A stretch of 63,516 nucleotides of DNA, filler included, from Globobulimina sp. (Eukaryota): the NCBI GenBank assembly GCA_003354225.1. It is 43 parts of 43 records of this genome, joined end to end, with 100 filler letters (N's around TTAATTAATTAA, not from the genome) between each part and the next. Parts side by side here need not be neighbours in the genome. Positions count along the whole stretch, not along the records: positions 47,354 to 48,732 come from PIVH01017644.1; positions 48,833 to 50,211 come from PIVH01017645.1; positions 50,312 to 51,690 come from PIVH01017646.1; positions 51,791 to 53,169 come from PIVH01017647.1; positions 53,270 to 54,648 come from PIVH01017648.1; positions 54,749 to 56,126 come from PIVH01017649.1; positions 56,227 to 57,604 come from PIVH01017650.1; positions 57,705 to 59,082 come from PIVH01017651.1; 35 more parts are not named here. One strand, 5' to 3'. Every line of letters starts with the position of its first letter. Position 1 is the first letter of the stretch. Below the pieces are notes generated by a model, which was not told the DNA's origin, made no database searches, and was given only the letters and a program-made list of their open reading frames with translations. A program made the translations under genes and the position numbers. Shown piece after piece: positions 48,231 to 62,960 of this stretch.

Positions 48231-48732
48231 ATGTCCGACACAGACAAGAAGCGGCGAACGCGCTGTCAACAACAAATCAATGCCATAAACAGTGACAAAA
48301 AACGGAAAATAAGGGCTGGGGAGATATTGATTGCCATAGCCGGCGATGGCTCAGTGAGTGGACAATTGGGTGTCGGTAACGGCTCCGTGACGCGAATACG
48401 TAACAATATATCACCGTTTCCCTTTATAATGTCGTCGCTATTACCAAGGAAGAAAGATATTGTGATGACTGTCACGGGTATCATGAGCACAGCGGTGGTG
48501 ACTGCAGATAATGAGATTTATGTTTGGGGATTGAATGATAAGTCAGAATTGACCATAAACCCTAAGAATATCCATGAGGTGGATGTAGGCGATGACGATG
48601 ATCAGTTATCACCGAGTGTGGCCTGGCCGCGTTTGTATCAATATTACTATGATAAAATAACGCAGATTTATACTGAGCACAATCCCGAGAAATTGGAGGA
48701 GAAGAAAGGCGATGTGATTGTATTTGTGGATC
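48231..48732 (+). CDS. RCC1-repeat protein, N-terminal part
   Basis: GDGSVSGQLGVG; STAVVTADNEIYVWGLNDKSEL. Confidence 0.75.
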
Positions 48733-48832
48733 NNNNNNNNNNNNNNNNNNNNNNNNNNNNNNNNNNNNNNNNNNNNTTAATTAATTAANNNNNNNNNNNN
48801 NNNNNNNNNNNNNNNNNNNNNNNNNNNNNNNN

Positions 48833-48951
48833 AATATTAAAGCAGATGGATATTGTCACAACACAAAAACACAAAAATCATAATCACAACAACCAAATAT
48901 AAACTCATACCATCCTGCACAAGCATTGGCGTTCCAGCCGTAAAATACAAC
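48833..48951. repeat. 119-bp terminal direct repeat (copy 1; copy 2 at 50093-50211)
   Basis: Exact match between contig start and end. Confidence 0.97.
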
Positions 48952-49479
48952 AAAGCAACCACATAAACATTTTGTGTCAATGCTGCAGACGTAAAATGCA
49001 GTATATCCGTTCTTCATTTTTCATTGCTCTCCTGACTCTGTGGGCCGCACGGCTGTAAAATCAAGTTATTCCCTCCATGCGTAGTATTGACTACCAACAT
49101 GTTTTGTAGGATTATATACATAGGATTGAGTACCGCTGCTTGTCGCCTTTGCAGTGCTCAGCGAAGCGCCACTTCCATCCATATAATATGCACATTTGCA
49201 TATTGTGGCAGACCTAAACTTTGCACACAACAATTCCCTCCAGACCCCGCCAAACCAGATCCTAACATATGATATAAAACAAATCATTCCATGGCACAAA
49301 GTCCTGCGGCACAAACAATTTATTTGCCTTTGCTGCATCAAATGCGCCCTAAACAATGCAGGACCATAAGTGGAGGATATAATACTTGCGCCATAACTCG
49401 AAGTTGGCCATTTTATAGCACCTCCACCACAATGCCCACCAGGATTCACCATCAACAGTTGTTTGTTTGTGTGCGGCTG

Positions 49480-49980
49480 ATCTGTCAATTTAGCAAAACC
49501 AAAACTATCCAAATTATCCGATAAGTGATCAAATCCGTTGTTTTTAATATAACGCCAACATTCCGCATCATATTCCATGTGATCACAACCTGTGCGGCTT
49601 CCATTCCATTGTTGCTTGCAAAAGGTGGGATGGTTTAGCACTGGATTCACAATTTGTTGTCCATCATTTTTAGCTAAATGTTGTCCACCCAACCGCGGTA
49701 CTTGAATGCAACGGATCGCTCCAATCACGGACCACACTCAAAGGGACATGTTTTTGTTTGTGCCATATCAATGCAGTCAACTGCGACACATTAAACTGTG
49801 CCACGCCCAACGCGCGAATCCTCTTTTTCTCATATAAATATTCCAGAGCTCGCCAGGTATCCAACCAATTGCCTTCGCACTCCGCCACAGCCAAACAGTG
49901 AGGATGTTCAATCACAACCAAATCAATGTAATTCGTGTCTAATGTACGGAGCTGACACAGAAAATTGTGAATTGCGGCAT
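49480..49980 (-). pseudogene. Aldo-keto reductase pseudogene with deletions
   Basis: LDTNYIDLVVIEHP, TWRALEYLYEKKRIRALGVAQF; then frameshifted LGGQ...NPVLNHPT and HLSDNLDSFGF. Confidence 0.75.
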
Positions 49981-51408
49981 TATATCCATGCGCAAAGGCG
50001 GCGATTTAAGTCGATACCCCAATGGTGGCTCGACCATACATTGCATGCTTTGGTAAAAAATAAAACAGTTTTATTGGCGTTTTTTTTGATAAAATATTAA
50101 AGCAGATGGATATTGTCACAACACAAAAACACAAAAATCATAATCACAACAACCAAATATAAACTCATACCATCCTGCACAAGCATTGGCGTTCCAGCCG
50201 TAAAATACAACNNNNNNNNNNNNNNNNNNNNNNNNNNNNNNNNNNNNNNNNNNNNTTAATTAATTAANNNNNNNNNNNNNNNNNNNNNNNNNNNNNNNNN
50301 NNNNNNNNNNNCTACAGTAAACTCTGTTTGTGGTATCATAGTTTGGCAGAAAAACTATTCTATGAAAAAGTAAAATATCATATTTGGCAAGTTTTGAAAT
50401 GAGCAGGCAAAGAAAACAGCTGAGCAGGCCATCCGATTGTGAATACATATTTGGTGGAGTATACATATAATGTTAAGTATTTTGTAGTAATCAAATTGTG
50501 AAAGAATAGCAGAGCATCAATGAATAGTCAGAAAACTATGAACAACACAAACAAAATTAAATAATTGGCGCTTTTAGTAAAATCATTTGCAGTCCAAAAA
50601 TAAAGGATTGTTGCAGCAACAAATAGCAGAAGGAGCAGCAATAAATAATGAGCAACCAGCAGGGTTGGAACATGCAAGCCCTACAACATGACTTCGGAAA
50701 ACTACTGTATAAATATTATGACAAAAAGAGTATTAGAAAAAAAATCTAAATCCAAATATTGAAGTAGATTTTTGTTAGTAAATAAAAAGCAAATCTTATT
50801 TTAAATTTGTAAATAAATAAAGAACTTACCATTGGCAAAGTCTGCTGAACACTAACCAAATGCACTATTAAAAGATTAAAATAGTTGGCAGCATTGCAAG
50901 TCTTAAAAATATTTTATGGTTGGAAACTAACTTGTTTTCAAAGGCATTAAAATATAACAGTGCATCGTCTCTACTTCTAGGGCATTAGAACAAGTTAAAT
51001 TTCTAAAACATTTACAGAGAAAACAAAAAATTCAACAGTTGAGATGAAGGCATCAACAAATCCTGTTGCCTACTCTAAAAAAGGCCATGCATGGTCAACG
51101 ACAACTAACCTAGTCCATTGAAAACATAGGGATATTACAAAATCATTCAGTTATGGCCCAGATACAGGCATCAAAAACCAGGGCAATAAGGCAACAACAA
51201 ATAACAATGCCTATGAAAAAGATAGGAAAATTACAAAATTACTTCATGGCTGAGACCTCTGGCATCATAAAGAAACAATGCCTATTTGTATAAATATACA
51301 GCAGATATCAACAGACATTCATTCTGTCTCTAATCTGTGCTGCTGACTTACCGACCATCTAAGAATTGCTCCTATTTTATAATGTGTGTTTGTGTGTTTA
51401 TGTGAAAT

Positions 51409-51690
51409 ATGGACTCTCCTTATCAATGTGACAAGTGTGGAAAACGGTTTGCAAAGGTGAGTGATGACCAAATCATTGTAATCATCTGCTGACTCCCCAT
51501 TTAAATTTTAATAGGTATGTATTTTGTCAAAACAGCATTCAATTTTTATTAACAACATGCTGATTTGATGGGCTTCAATTGTTACCATTTAGGAAAGCGA
51601 TATGCAGAAGCATGGTGACAAAGGATCATGTGTACAAGAACGAGTCGAGTGGCAGTGTTGGACCATTCACAGAACCATCATTGGCAGAAT
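51409..51690 (+). CDS. Zinc-finger-like exons (metazoan-like contig)
   Basis: PYQCDKCGKRFAK | GTGAGT intron | ESDMQKH. Confidence 0.4.
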
Positions 51691-51791
51691 NNNNNNNNNN
51701 NNNNNNNNNNNNNNNNNNNNNNNNNNNNNNNNNNTTAATTAATTAANNNNNNNNNNNNNNNNNNNNNNNNNNNNNNNNNNNNNNNNNNNNA

Positions 51792-52629
51792 AGAACAGAG
51801 CCACCCTCATCATTTTATTGTGGTTTATCTCTGGTTTTAACTCTTTCCGCATTTGCCATATTTTTAAGTGGACCCTGTTCCACAACAAAAGATATTGAAA
51901 TTGCAATTAGATTTGCTAAACGCGATGGTATCATTATGCAATTAACAAATAATGGGTTATTAGCTGGATTTCAAATTTTTCAGATGAAAATGAGAGATTA
52001 TTTATGCTTACAATGAGGAGATTAAAAATTGAGTCAATAGTAATAATTGAGACAGCTAAAAATTATAAAGAGTTTTTCCATGCATTTTATTTATTAGATC
52101 ATATGATATCTGGTGTATGGACAGTGAGGACAGATAAAACAGTTAATATTTCACCATCAGATATTTTAATATTAAATGCCTTAATAAATAATAAATTAAA
52201 TCAAGAAAAAGAGAAACAAGATATTGATCCATATATTCTTGATTCATTTCATTTATTTGTAAATAAAAAAACAGAATTAGTGATTGATATTTTAAGGAAT
52301 TAAGTGATTTACTTATTTATAGAGAGAATAATTCATATTTAAATGTAATAAATCCGAAAATATTTCCCATATTTGCAAATATCAATAAAATTGTTATTTA
52401 TGCAACACAATATAGATTTAGTTTATTATCATTTTTATCGTCGATTGAATCATGCAAATCATCCATTAAATATATTATTAAAGCAAGGAGAGGAATAGAA
52501 GATCAATCATGGTTAGGTGAGATTTTTAATGAATCAATAAAACAAAGATTTAATGTTAAAAAATGGAATATAAATTTATCAAAAGATGTTGGTTCTGATT
52601 ATTTGATAATTATGCAATCATTGCAATGA
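51792..52629 (+). pseudogene. ADP-ribosyltransferase-like domain protein, frameshifted
   Basis: FYCG...GPCSTTKDIEIAIRFA...GIIMQL / SWISNFSDENERLF; frame changes near 51960 and 52300. Confidence 0.55.
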
Positions 52630-52739
52630 TTTAATTTTTTTGATAACCAGTTTTTGCATGTTTTTTGTGATTGGTTGTTAACGTTTAATTTTACTAATGA
52701 AATGAAAGTTTTGCCTTCCACATTCCACAACATTATACT

Positions 52740-52877
52740 CTAACTAACTATTTTCTAAGAGGCATAACTTAAAATTTCAGTTTAATGTCACCTACACTTT
52801 AGATCGACGACTTGAATGTAACCCAATTTAGTGTTTTATTCATATGAAATCTATTTAAAGAAATCTAAAATTGCCTC
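52740..52877 (+). repeat. Dispersed repeat, diverged copy 3
   Basis: CATAACTTAAAA...TAACCCAATTT...TTCATATGAAA...ATTTAAAG.AATCTAAAA shared with 42561-42705. Confidence 0.7.
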
Positions 52878-53501
52878 ATCAAGAATAGGAAATTAATTAT
52901 TGGATTGTTATGTTGGGTTGGGGCTTGACTGTCATTTCTTAATGTTTTTGCTTGCTTGGTATTTCTTACTTTTATCTCGGTCGATTTATTTATATTTTGT
53001 AGGAATTCATCCCTTCTTAGCTTGTTCGATTTTTTTATTAAATTCATCAATTTTTTCTCGTTCCTTTACCATCACATCATATGGTGTAGTGCTGTCCGGT
53101 GTAGTGCTGTCCGCTATCTCCAGTATACAATTAAAGGCTGAATTTGTGTATACAGTCTCGTTTGTATATNNNNNNNNNNNNNNNNNNNNNNNNNNNNNNN
53201 NNNNNNNNNNNNNTTAATTAATTAANNNNNNNNNNNNNNNNNNNNNNNNNNNNNNNNNNNNNNNNNNNNACTGTCGATCGGCATAATTTCTAAAATTGCA
53301 GAATTTCTTGGCATAATTGCATAATTTCTAAAAATAAAATACAATTGCAGCTGCAATGGAATATATTAAGACTTTATTCTATGTATTCAGTGACAAATAT
53401 GTAGCTCGCAATATTTTAAAACAACAAAAAAATAACAAACAAGCAAACAAACAAAAAAATTAATAACAAACAAGCAAACAAACAAAAAAGTAATAATAAT
53501 A

Positions 53502-54648
53502 TTAAACGGCAACAGTTTCGTCATTTGGTTTCTTTTCATGGTCACTCATATTTTGATTCATTTCAATTTCTTCTTCAATTTCTTTTTTGCAACATTTAAA
53601 AAGCTCAAAGCAGGCACACGAAATGGCGATAATTCCATATTTGACCAATAAACAACAAATACAACAAAGACAACAAATAAAGACAACGCCGGCAATGACG
53701 CCAATTAATACATATTCCCAATAAGACCGGATGCGATCATATAAACAGCCACTATCATTATATTGTGATTTAATTACGGATTTATACCATTTCTTGACGG
53801 CCTCCTCCATTTCCTCAAATTTGGCTGAATTACTTTGCGATAAATCATTTTCTTCAAAGGGATCGTCATTTAAATTATACAAAGCTGGCTCACATTCATC
53901 ATCCTGACAAGAATTCGAATTGGAAACATATTTCCATTCATTATCAACATATCCCAACGCTCCGGAATATGTAAAAGGGATCGGTTTCGACCTCTGCATA
54001 TTTTCTCCTCCACTTTGTAATACGTTTAATATGCTCTGACCATCCAATTCCCAGTCAGCTGTATCCGATTCAACCTGTAATATATCCAAAAGAGTGGGCA
54101 ACAAATCATGCGTCACAATGGGGAAATCGCTAAAAAACGAGTCATTTGGAATGATTGCTGGCCATTCAATAATGGTCGGAACCCGAATACCGCCTTCGTA
54201 CATATCATTTTTCTCGCCACGTAAACCATTTGTACTGCCTGGAAGACCCCAATCCAATCCATACTGCGGGCCATTATCCGATGTAAAATATAACAATGTA
54301 TCGTCAGAAATATTATAATCGACTAATAATTGCCGAATCCGGCCAATCTGCAAATCAATATCCGCGATTTGTGCATAATAATCCAATTCTAATGAGCTGA
54401 AATTTTTATATCCGAAATATGGACTCGAATCCCCACAAATCGTACCATTTAAACATAACTCGCGCTGTAAGTCGGTCGAAATGATGGGTTCGTGAGGTGC
54501 GTGCAACCACAACATGACTAACATTGGTTGGTCCAAATCAATGTCATTCAAATATTCTTCAAATTTTGTAATCAAAAAATGCGAATCATCCGCATTTAGA
54601 GCGTCGTTGTTATATTGGCCATCCACTAAATAGGAGATATTTTTCACA
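53502..54648 (-). CDS. Arylsulfatase-family protein with C-terminal TM helix, 5' truncated
   Basis: WLHAPHEP, FTSDNGP, YEGGIRVP, DLLPT, LYNLNDDPFE; TM then Cys-rich tail. Confidence 0.92.
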
Positions 54649-55035
54649 NNNNNNNNNNNNNNNNNNNNNNNNNNNNNNNNNNNNNNNNNNNNTTAATTAA
54701 TTAANNNNNNNNNNNNNNNNNNNNNNNNNNNNNNNNNNNNNNNNNNNNTTATTATATTTGAAGCTAGCAAATAAAGGTGAAGAAGAAGATGATGGTTCCA
54801 CTGATTATTCTCATTCTGGTTTTTCATGTTGGAATTGGATGATGTGATGGTATCATCACAAGACTTTTGGAATCTATATTGGAGCACATCAGTTGGATCA
54901 GAAACTAAATTCGGAATATTATGAGGATAAACACACGGAATTTTAGTAAACAGTTTTTTTTTGTCATTAGCTTCTCCATTATGCGCCAGGTTTGTTGATG
55001 CTTTTATTCAGCATGAAAGAAAGCAAATATATGTT

Positions 55036-55945
55036 ATGTCCGTTCAGTATTTTCGACACAGCAAACGATATTTTGCTACATCGGAAGCCCAATTGAAAAG
55101 AACAAAATTATGTGATTTCCACAAAGCAAATGGTGGCAAATTGGTTGATTTCGCAGGATTTTATATGCCAATGCAATATAGCAATATGTCAATACAAGAC
55201 TCAACATTACACACAAGAAAAAATGCATCCATTTTTGATGTATCTCATATGGGACAATTAAGGTATTGTCCATTCATTTTGTGAATTTTTTTGTAACAGC
55301 TTTTCTTTGCAAAGATTTTACGGTAAAGATCGTATTGAATTCCTTGAACATCTTTTAGTGGGAAGTGTGCAACCATTAAAATCCAACCAAGTCAAATATT
55401 CATTGATGTGCAATGCGAATGGTGGCATTATCGATGATTTAGTATTTGCTAATTTAGATAATGATAATTATCATTATATGGTGATAAATGCAGGCAGAAT
55501 CAATGAAGATTTATCCCATATCGATGATGAATTAATTTCATTTGAATGGCAAGGAAAAGACTGTAAATATGAATTTATTGATACTGATTCTTTGATTGCT
55601 TTTCAAGGCCCCACAGCTGTTCAGACAATGAGCCGTTTACATCCTGCCTTTGATTTTAACGAATTGAAATTCTTTTATTTGACGCAAATGGAAGTACAAG
55701 GAATTCCTGTTCAAGTATCAAGGACTGGTTATACCGGCGAGGATGGCTTCGAAGTTATGTTTCTGATGTTATTTTTGTTGCTTTGTTACTGTTTTTGTAT
55801 TTGTCAAACACAGATTGCAGTGAATAATGATAAGGTACAGGAATTTGTAGAGATGTTATTGAATGAGAATGGTGTGGCATTGGCAGGGTTGGGAGCCAGA
55901 GATTCATTGAGATTGGAGGCAGGACTTTGTTTATACGGTAATGAC
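55036..55945 (+). CDS. AMT: Aminomethyltransferase (glycine cleavage T protein), spliced, C-terminus missing
   Basis: [55 protein letters not shown]; two introns. Confidence 0.93.
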
Positions 55946-56373
55946 AAGATTAGAATTAGCGAAATTACATACGGAAATAGATAAAATTGACAAAAATGCA
56001 TTTATTGTGATGCATAGTATAAAAGATGTAAAAGGAGGGATGATAAAAAAACGATCAATTAAATAGGCTCAAGTCAAGTTAAGGGTAGGAAACGTGTCAG
56101 GAAATCGTAAATCTAATTGAAGGCAANNNNNNNNNNNNNNNNNNNNNNNNNNNNNNNNNNNNNNNNNNNNTTAATTAATTAANNNNNNNNNNNNNNNNNN
56201 NNNNNNNNNNNNNNNNNNNNNNNNNNCATGGCGTATGTGCTGTTTTGGATTTGTTATCATGTATTTGTATGTTAATAATTAATTGAATGGATACTGAACT
56301 GGGGTGTGCGACATTTGATGTATTTAATATAAAGTTTTACTTTACTAACTTAAGCATCAAAACTTGGCACATC

Positions 56374-57236
56374 ATGTCACGTAATATGCAATATGATCGT
56401 AACATTACCATATTCTCACCCGAAGGCAAATTATACCAAATCGAGTATTCCTTCAAAGCAATTCGATTGCCCGGTGATACAACCATTGGAGTGCGTGGTC
56501 GTGACACAGTTTGCTTGATCACCACCAAAAAAGTGCCAGATAAATTGGTGGATCCCGCCTCCGTCTCTCGAATGTACCGCATCACTCCGTCCATTGGTTG
56601 CTGTGCCACTGGCCGTTTACCCGACGCTCGTGCCTTATTATATAAATCGCGTCAAATTGCTGCGGAGTTTCAATTTGATAATGGCTATGAAATACCGGTC
56701 CGTCATTTAGCGAACGAGCTTGCAAATTACAATCAATTATTCACGCAACATGCATATAAACGCGTTCCCGGCGTCTCCTTATTGTATTGCTCTATCGATG
56801 ACGAAATAGGGCCAAGTTTGGTTATCCTTGCACTCCCTTTGCATCATCGCATAATCGCATACTTAATATGTTTACAGGATTATATATGGTGGATCCCGCC
56901 GGATCGTGTTATGGATATCATGCGGTGTCGACTGGTACGAAGGAGCAGGAAGGAATGAGCACATTGGAAAAGATGATGAAAGAGAAGGGCCAGGAACAGA
57001 AAGAGAAGGAGAAAGAGCAGAAAACGGATGAGCGGGAAACAAAGAGTGTCATTTTGGATTTAAATGAGAGTGAGACCGTTGAGTTTGCAATTGAAGCATT
57101 ACAGAAAGTGTTAGGAGTGGATTTCAAATCGAATCAAGTGGAAGTTGCGATTTGTACACAGGAAAATAAAAAATTTAGATCTTTGGAGGAGAAAGAGATT
57201 GATCGATATTTGACTGCTATATCGGAGAAGGACTAA
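56374..57236 (+). CDS. PSMA6: 20S proteasome subunit alpha-1 (PSMA6)
   Basis: YDRNITIFSPEGKLYQIEY, KKVPDKL, NGYEIP, DPAG; intron 56816-56877. Confidence 0.92.
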
Positions 57237-57728
57237 TTGTTGCTGTGAATATGTAGGTTTTTATTCGGAGGTCATAGTAAAAGCGTTTTAATATGACAAT
57301 TTGATTTTTTTTTTGCACTTGATTGACTTGAATATCAATATGATGACAAAATCTCGATGCGTGTTTAAGAAAAACGTTTTAGTGGTCTAGTCATCCAAAA
57401 TAAAGCAATTATCCGCAGTTCCGCATCTGAAGTTGCATTGTTAGACATTATCGTGTCTTGTTGAATAAAAATCCATAAAAAGTGAATTTGCTTTCTTCAA
57501 TTAAATGCACAGTACCTTTTTGATTTTCAGTCAGTACAAAGTTTTCATTCATCATCAAAACTCAAAGTCTTATACTTAAACCATGCCTCGTAACACTTTC
57601 ACAGNNNNNNNNNNNNNNNNNNNNNNNNNNNNNNNNNNNNNNNNNNNNTTAATTAATTAANNNNNNNNNNNNNNNNNNNNNNNNNNNNNNNNNNNNNNNN
57701 NNNNAAAAAAAAAAAAAAAAAAAAAACC

Positions 57729-57765
<37 letters not shown>

Positions 57766-58248
57766 ATTTTTAAGAAACAAACAAAAAATAAAAGTTAAAC
57801 AAGCACAAAAAAACACAAAAAAATGTATTCACGCAAAGAAGTAATTCCATCTGTGTGAATAGACTGTGAATAGTGTATATAAAATGGGAAAAAATATTAA
57901 AAATATGATCGATTATCTAATTACTTTTTTTATGTATTTATCTAAACAATGCAGCTTATTATTACATTATCACATTACTTGTTATCTATACACATAATTT
58001 CACCTTACATGTACACAGCACCTCTTTCCTTAAAATTTCCATCAAATAATATTAAAAATAATAAATAACTGATCGCATAGAACAATAAAGAAGTAAATAA
58101 AAGAGAAGAAAAAAGAAATATATGCAAATGCAATAACAAAATAATAAAACACAGGCGATTACAATTACAATAATGATACACTCACAACATATAATAATAT
58201 AATCTCAAACAATCACAAACCACAAAGTAAAAAACAAAAATAAATTAA

Positions 58249-59082
58249 TTAAAATTCTGTCATAAAATCCTCAGTCATAATATATCGTGGACGTGACGGC
58301 TGTGCGGGTGATGTCGGAGGCGGTGAGCTAGGTCCTCTACTATTTACAATTGGGAGTTCGATCTCAATCCGGATCAATTCCTCTTCACTCTGACTCTCTC
58401 TCTGGCGGTTCATCGCTTTCTTCACTTCTTCATAGCACACAAAAACTGCAGCATGCTGTGGCGTACATCGCTATATATTAATAATTGTGTACAGACAGTG
58501 CAAGGATATGGCATTTAACATAGAAGATAGGAGATATAAAACAAACCAGTAACGTAGCAGCCAATCCCTTATACATTCCCCGAAAGCCTCCCCCTTCGGT
58601 GGCCATATGATACAACACAGCTTTTGGTAACGGCAATGAATCATATTTGTACTGCCGGGTTTGGTACAATGTCTTTATATGGTCAATGGGGTAGACGGCT
58701 GCCCAAGAAATCATCCCCGCGATGCCTCCACCGATAAAGGGTACTAATTTAGTGGCGCGATAGGGGTCGAAGTTGTTAATGATGAGCTCGTAGAGCGGGA
58801 AATAAATGGCAAAGGCCGGCGCATCGCGCAACATTGTCACGTTTAATCCGCGATAGATACCACGCGCCAATCCATAACGAGAGTGGATGTTAACAGCTTC
58901 GGTGAATTCTTGCTTGATGTTTGCGGTGTCGCTGGACGTGTTTTGTTGGACTAAAATCTTAAACAATTCGGTGGGTGACGTGATGAGCGAAGTGATGGTC
59001 CCGGCCAGACCCCCCGATATAGCTAAGTCTGTGTACGTGGATGCTAGGTCTTGGTCGTAAGGGAGGCGGTAATAATTGCCTT
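58249..59082 (-). CDS. Mitochondrial carrier (SLC25; carnitine/basic amino-acid carrier-like), partial
   Basis: PTELFK, RDAPAFAIYF, YPIDHIKT, YKGL..TL; intron ~58470-58546. Confidence 0.88.
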
Positions 59083-59182
59083 NNNNNNNNNNNNNNNNNN
59101 NNNNNNNNNNNNNNNNNNNNNNNNNNTTAATTAATTAANNNNNNNNNNNNNNNNNNNNNNNNNNNNNNNNNNNNNNNNNNNN

Positions 59183-60505
<1,323 letters not shown>

Positions 60506-61107
60506 ACTCAAGCATCAAAATTGACATAACTGTATATTTTTTTTTTATATTTATGTTATCNNNNNNNNNNNNNNNNNNNNNNNNNNNNNNNNNNNNNNNN
60601 NNNNTTAATTAATTAANNNNNNNNNNNNNNNNNNNNNNNNNNNNNNNNNNNNNNNNNNNNAGGCAATAGAGTGAGGACTATTTATTAATCCACGCTGCTG
60701 GCAAGCAATCCTCTTAGACATAAGTAGACTTGAAATGTAACGGTCTCGAAAAAAACTTAGTTGAGCATAGTCTAATGCAACAACACAAAAAGCAAGCAAA
60801 ATGGCGAAACAGTTAGTGTGGTCAAGCCTAACTTTTATAGTAGTCAAATAAAAGTTTTTTATATGCGTTTTTTGCAATAAAATACTATAATGGATGGTCT
60901 CTCTCAACCAAAATATCGTAAGAATTATAGAATTCGCCAACTTGCTAGTCTGAAATGTAAGATAATAAAATTAAAATTAAAATATAGCTAAAATTAATAT
61001 AAAGAAACCAATTATACACTTATAATTATTCAGATACTTTACAAAAAAACATAAAAAATAACAAAAGAAAAAAACAAATTAAAAGAATACAATTAATTAT
61101 GGATAGT

Positions 61108-62038
61108 TCAAACAATAAATACAGCATCGTCCTCATCAAATATTGTCACAGTGCTATCAGTCACAGATAATTCCATCATCCCTTCACTCGATTCACTCAA
61201 ATCAACCCCCGGCGTAGGTGCAGCGTACGCAGTATGTTCAAATAATGTGGGCAAAGTAGCAAAACCGGCATTCCTTTTACCAGCTTTCCTCAAATTATGT
61301 TTCTTAAAAAGTAACTGTTTCTGCGCCATTCCGCTGTCCAGAACTAATCCGGGCGCAATTTTATCAAACATTTGTTGTATACTTTGCGAGTTCACCGCCG
61401 TTGTCCGGATTATTCGCAGCGGGCTCTTTAACTCAACACGAGACTCTTTAAAAACATTCAAGAACTTAGCCGCAATGAATCGGACCACATGGTCTGGATC
61501 GGTCGCAATCAAATCCTCAGGAAAATCATCAAAAGCCACAGTAATTGGCACCTTTTTGATTTTCTCCTTAAATTTGTCGTATTTGTTAAACAATAAAATA
61601 AAAGATTTGCCGACACATAAATGCCTCTCAGTATTTACCAGATTTATAATTCGCGAAAACATATTTACGGACTCAACCAACCGATTTGTGCTATTATCTT
61701 CATATAAAAGCATATTATATTCAGAGATGGCCACCACATAAATAATTGTATTCAAATCAGGATCTAACAACAATTTGTTCTGCAAAAACTTGCGCCGTTC
61801 ACTGCGCGCCCCGCCGACGTCCGGTATTTCAAACGTAAATTCGCCCAAATTCTCCACAGTTTTCTTGAATGTGGTGGCTGAATAACCGATGGTCGGACTA
61901 TAAAATCTGACGCGATCTGCAAACGACGGCTCGTATCCATCCAACGCAATGTCGTCCATTTTATCAAAGAAATAATCAATATTCTCACACACAGAAAGTC
62001 CAAAATCATCCCGTTTCTGCAATGTCTGCCGAATAGCA
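61108..62038 (-). CDS. Divergent G-protein alpha subunit, 5' truncated
   Basis: DVGGARSERRK, LYEDNSTNRL.ES, FNKYD, TTAVN. Confidence 0.88.
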
Positions 62039-62393
62039 NNNNNNNNNNNNNNNNNNNNNNNNNNNNNNNNNNNNNNNNNNNNTTAATTAATTAANNNNNN
62101 NNNNNNNNNNNNNNNNNNNNNNNNNNNNNNNNNNNNNNTGACATACTGTATCTGTCATTTTTACAAAATATAATAAGTCTTCCAATGGAACTGGAAATAA
62201 GTACTCGGATATACTTTCCCACATTGAACACTTTGGTGAAATGCACTATTAAACGTTTTAATCACATATAAAATACATACACAATTAAAAAGTAAAATGA
62301 CAATTTATTAAATAATGGTGTATTACCGACTAAGAACAAAATAAAGTAAAAAAAGTTACAAATTTTTACTTTGCAGAGAAAATGGTTCATACA

Positions 62394-62960
62394 TTACATT
62401 AACATGTTAAATATGATGATGATAGCAGAAGCGCCGAATGTGGCTGAAAGAAGGTGACCATCATTGTGAAGCGTTATCAATGTTTCACACGCCTTTGGGA
62501 ACCCTGTACCTGTTGCGTTTTTAAGGCTTTTTAAACCCACATTGATTAACCACTCCACATTTAACTCTGCAAGCTTTTTGTTGCCGCATTTCGCTTCATT
62601 TGCTTTTTTGTAGCATGTTCCTATGCATTTGCCTTGCCTACAAAAGTCATGAAGAATAAATACTCTAGATAAATGTAACATATTTTTAATTTACTGGCAT
62701 AGTTCTTTTAAAGTTGAGTGGCCAACTTTTACATTGCATTTGGATAAACATGTATCCCTGGCCTTATCCATGGCATCCATACAAATTCTTTGTTCTTTAT
62801 AGTCTAAATTAAATCTTTGTTTATGTATACAATTTGTAAGCTAGTAAAATCATAAAACAAAACCTTCTTCCTTCTCTGTGCAGAAGTAGCTAAGCATATC
62901 CAATGGCTTTGTTATGGATGTGGAAATGGATCCACATTTTGTGGTACATGCCACAGCTTC
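62394..62960 (-). CDS. Exons of a Cys-rich secreted/GPI-type protein (metazoan-like)
   Basis: Segments AVACTTKC...LSYFC, CMDAMDKARDTCLSKCN, CIGTCYKKANEAKC separated by GT-AG introns; hydrophobic tail. Confidence 0.4.

Noticed and set aside
57705-57764. Poly(A) tail or retrocopy
   Set aside because: It is on the wrong strand for the minus-strand carrier gene, which retains an intron; a low-complexity contig end.
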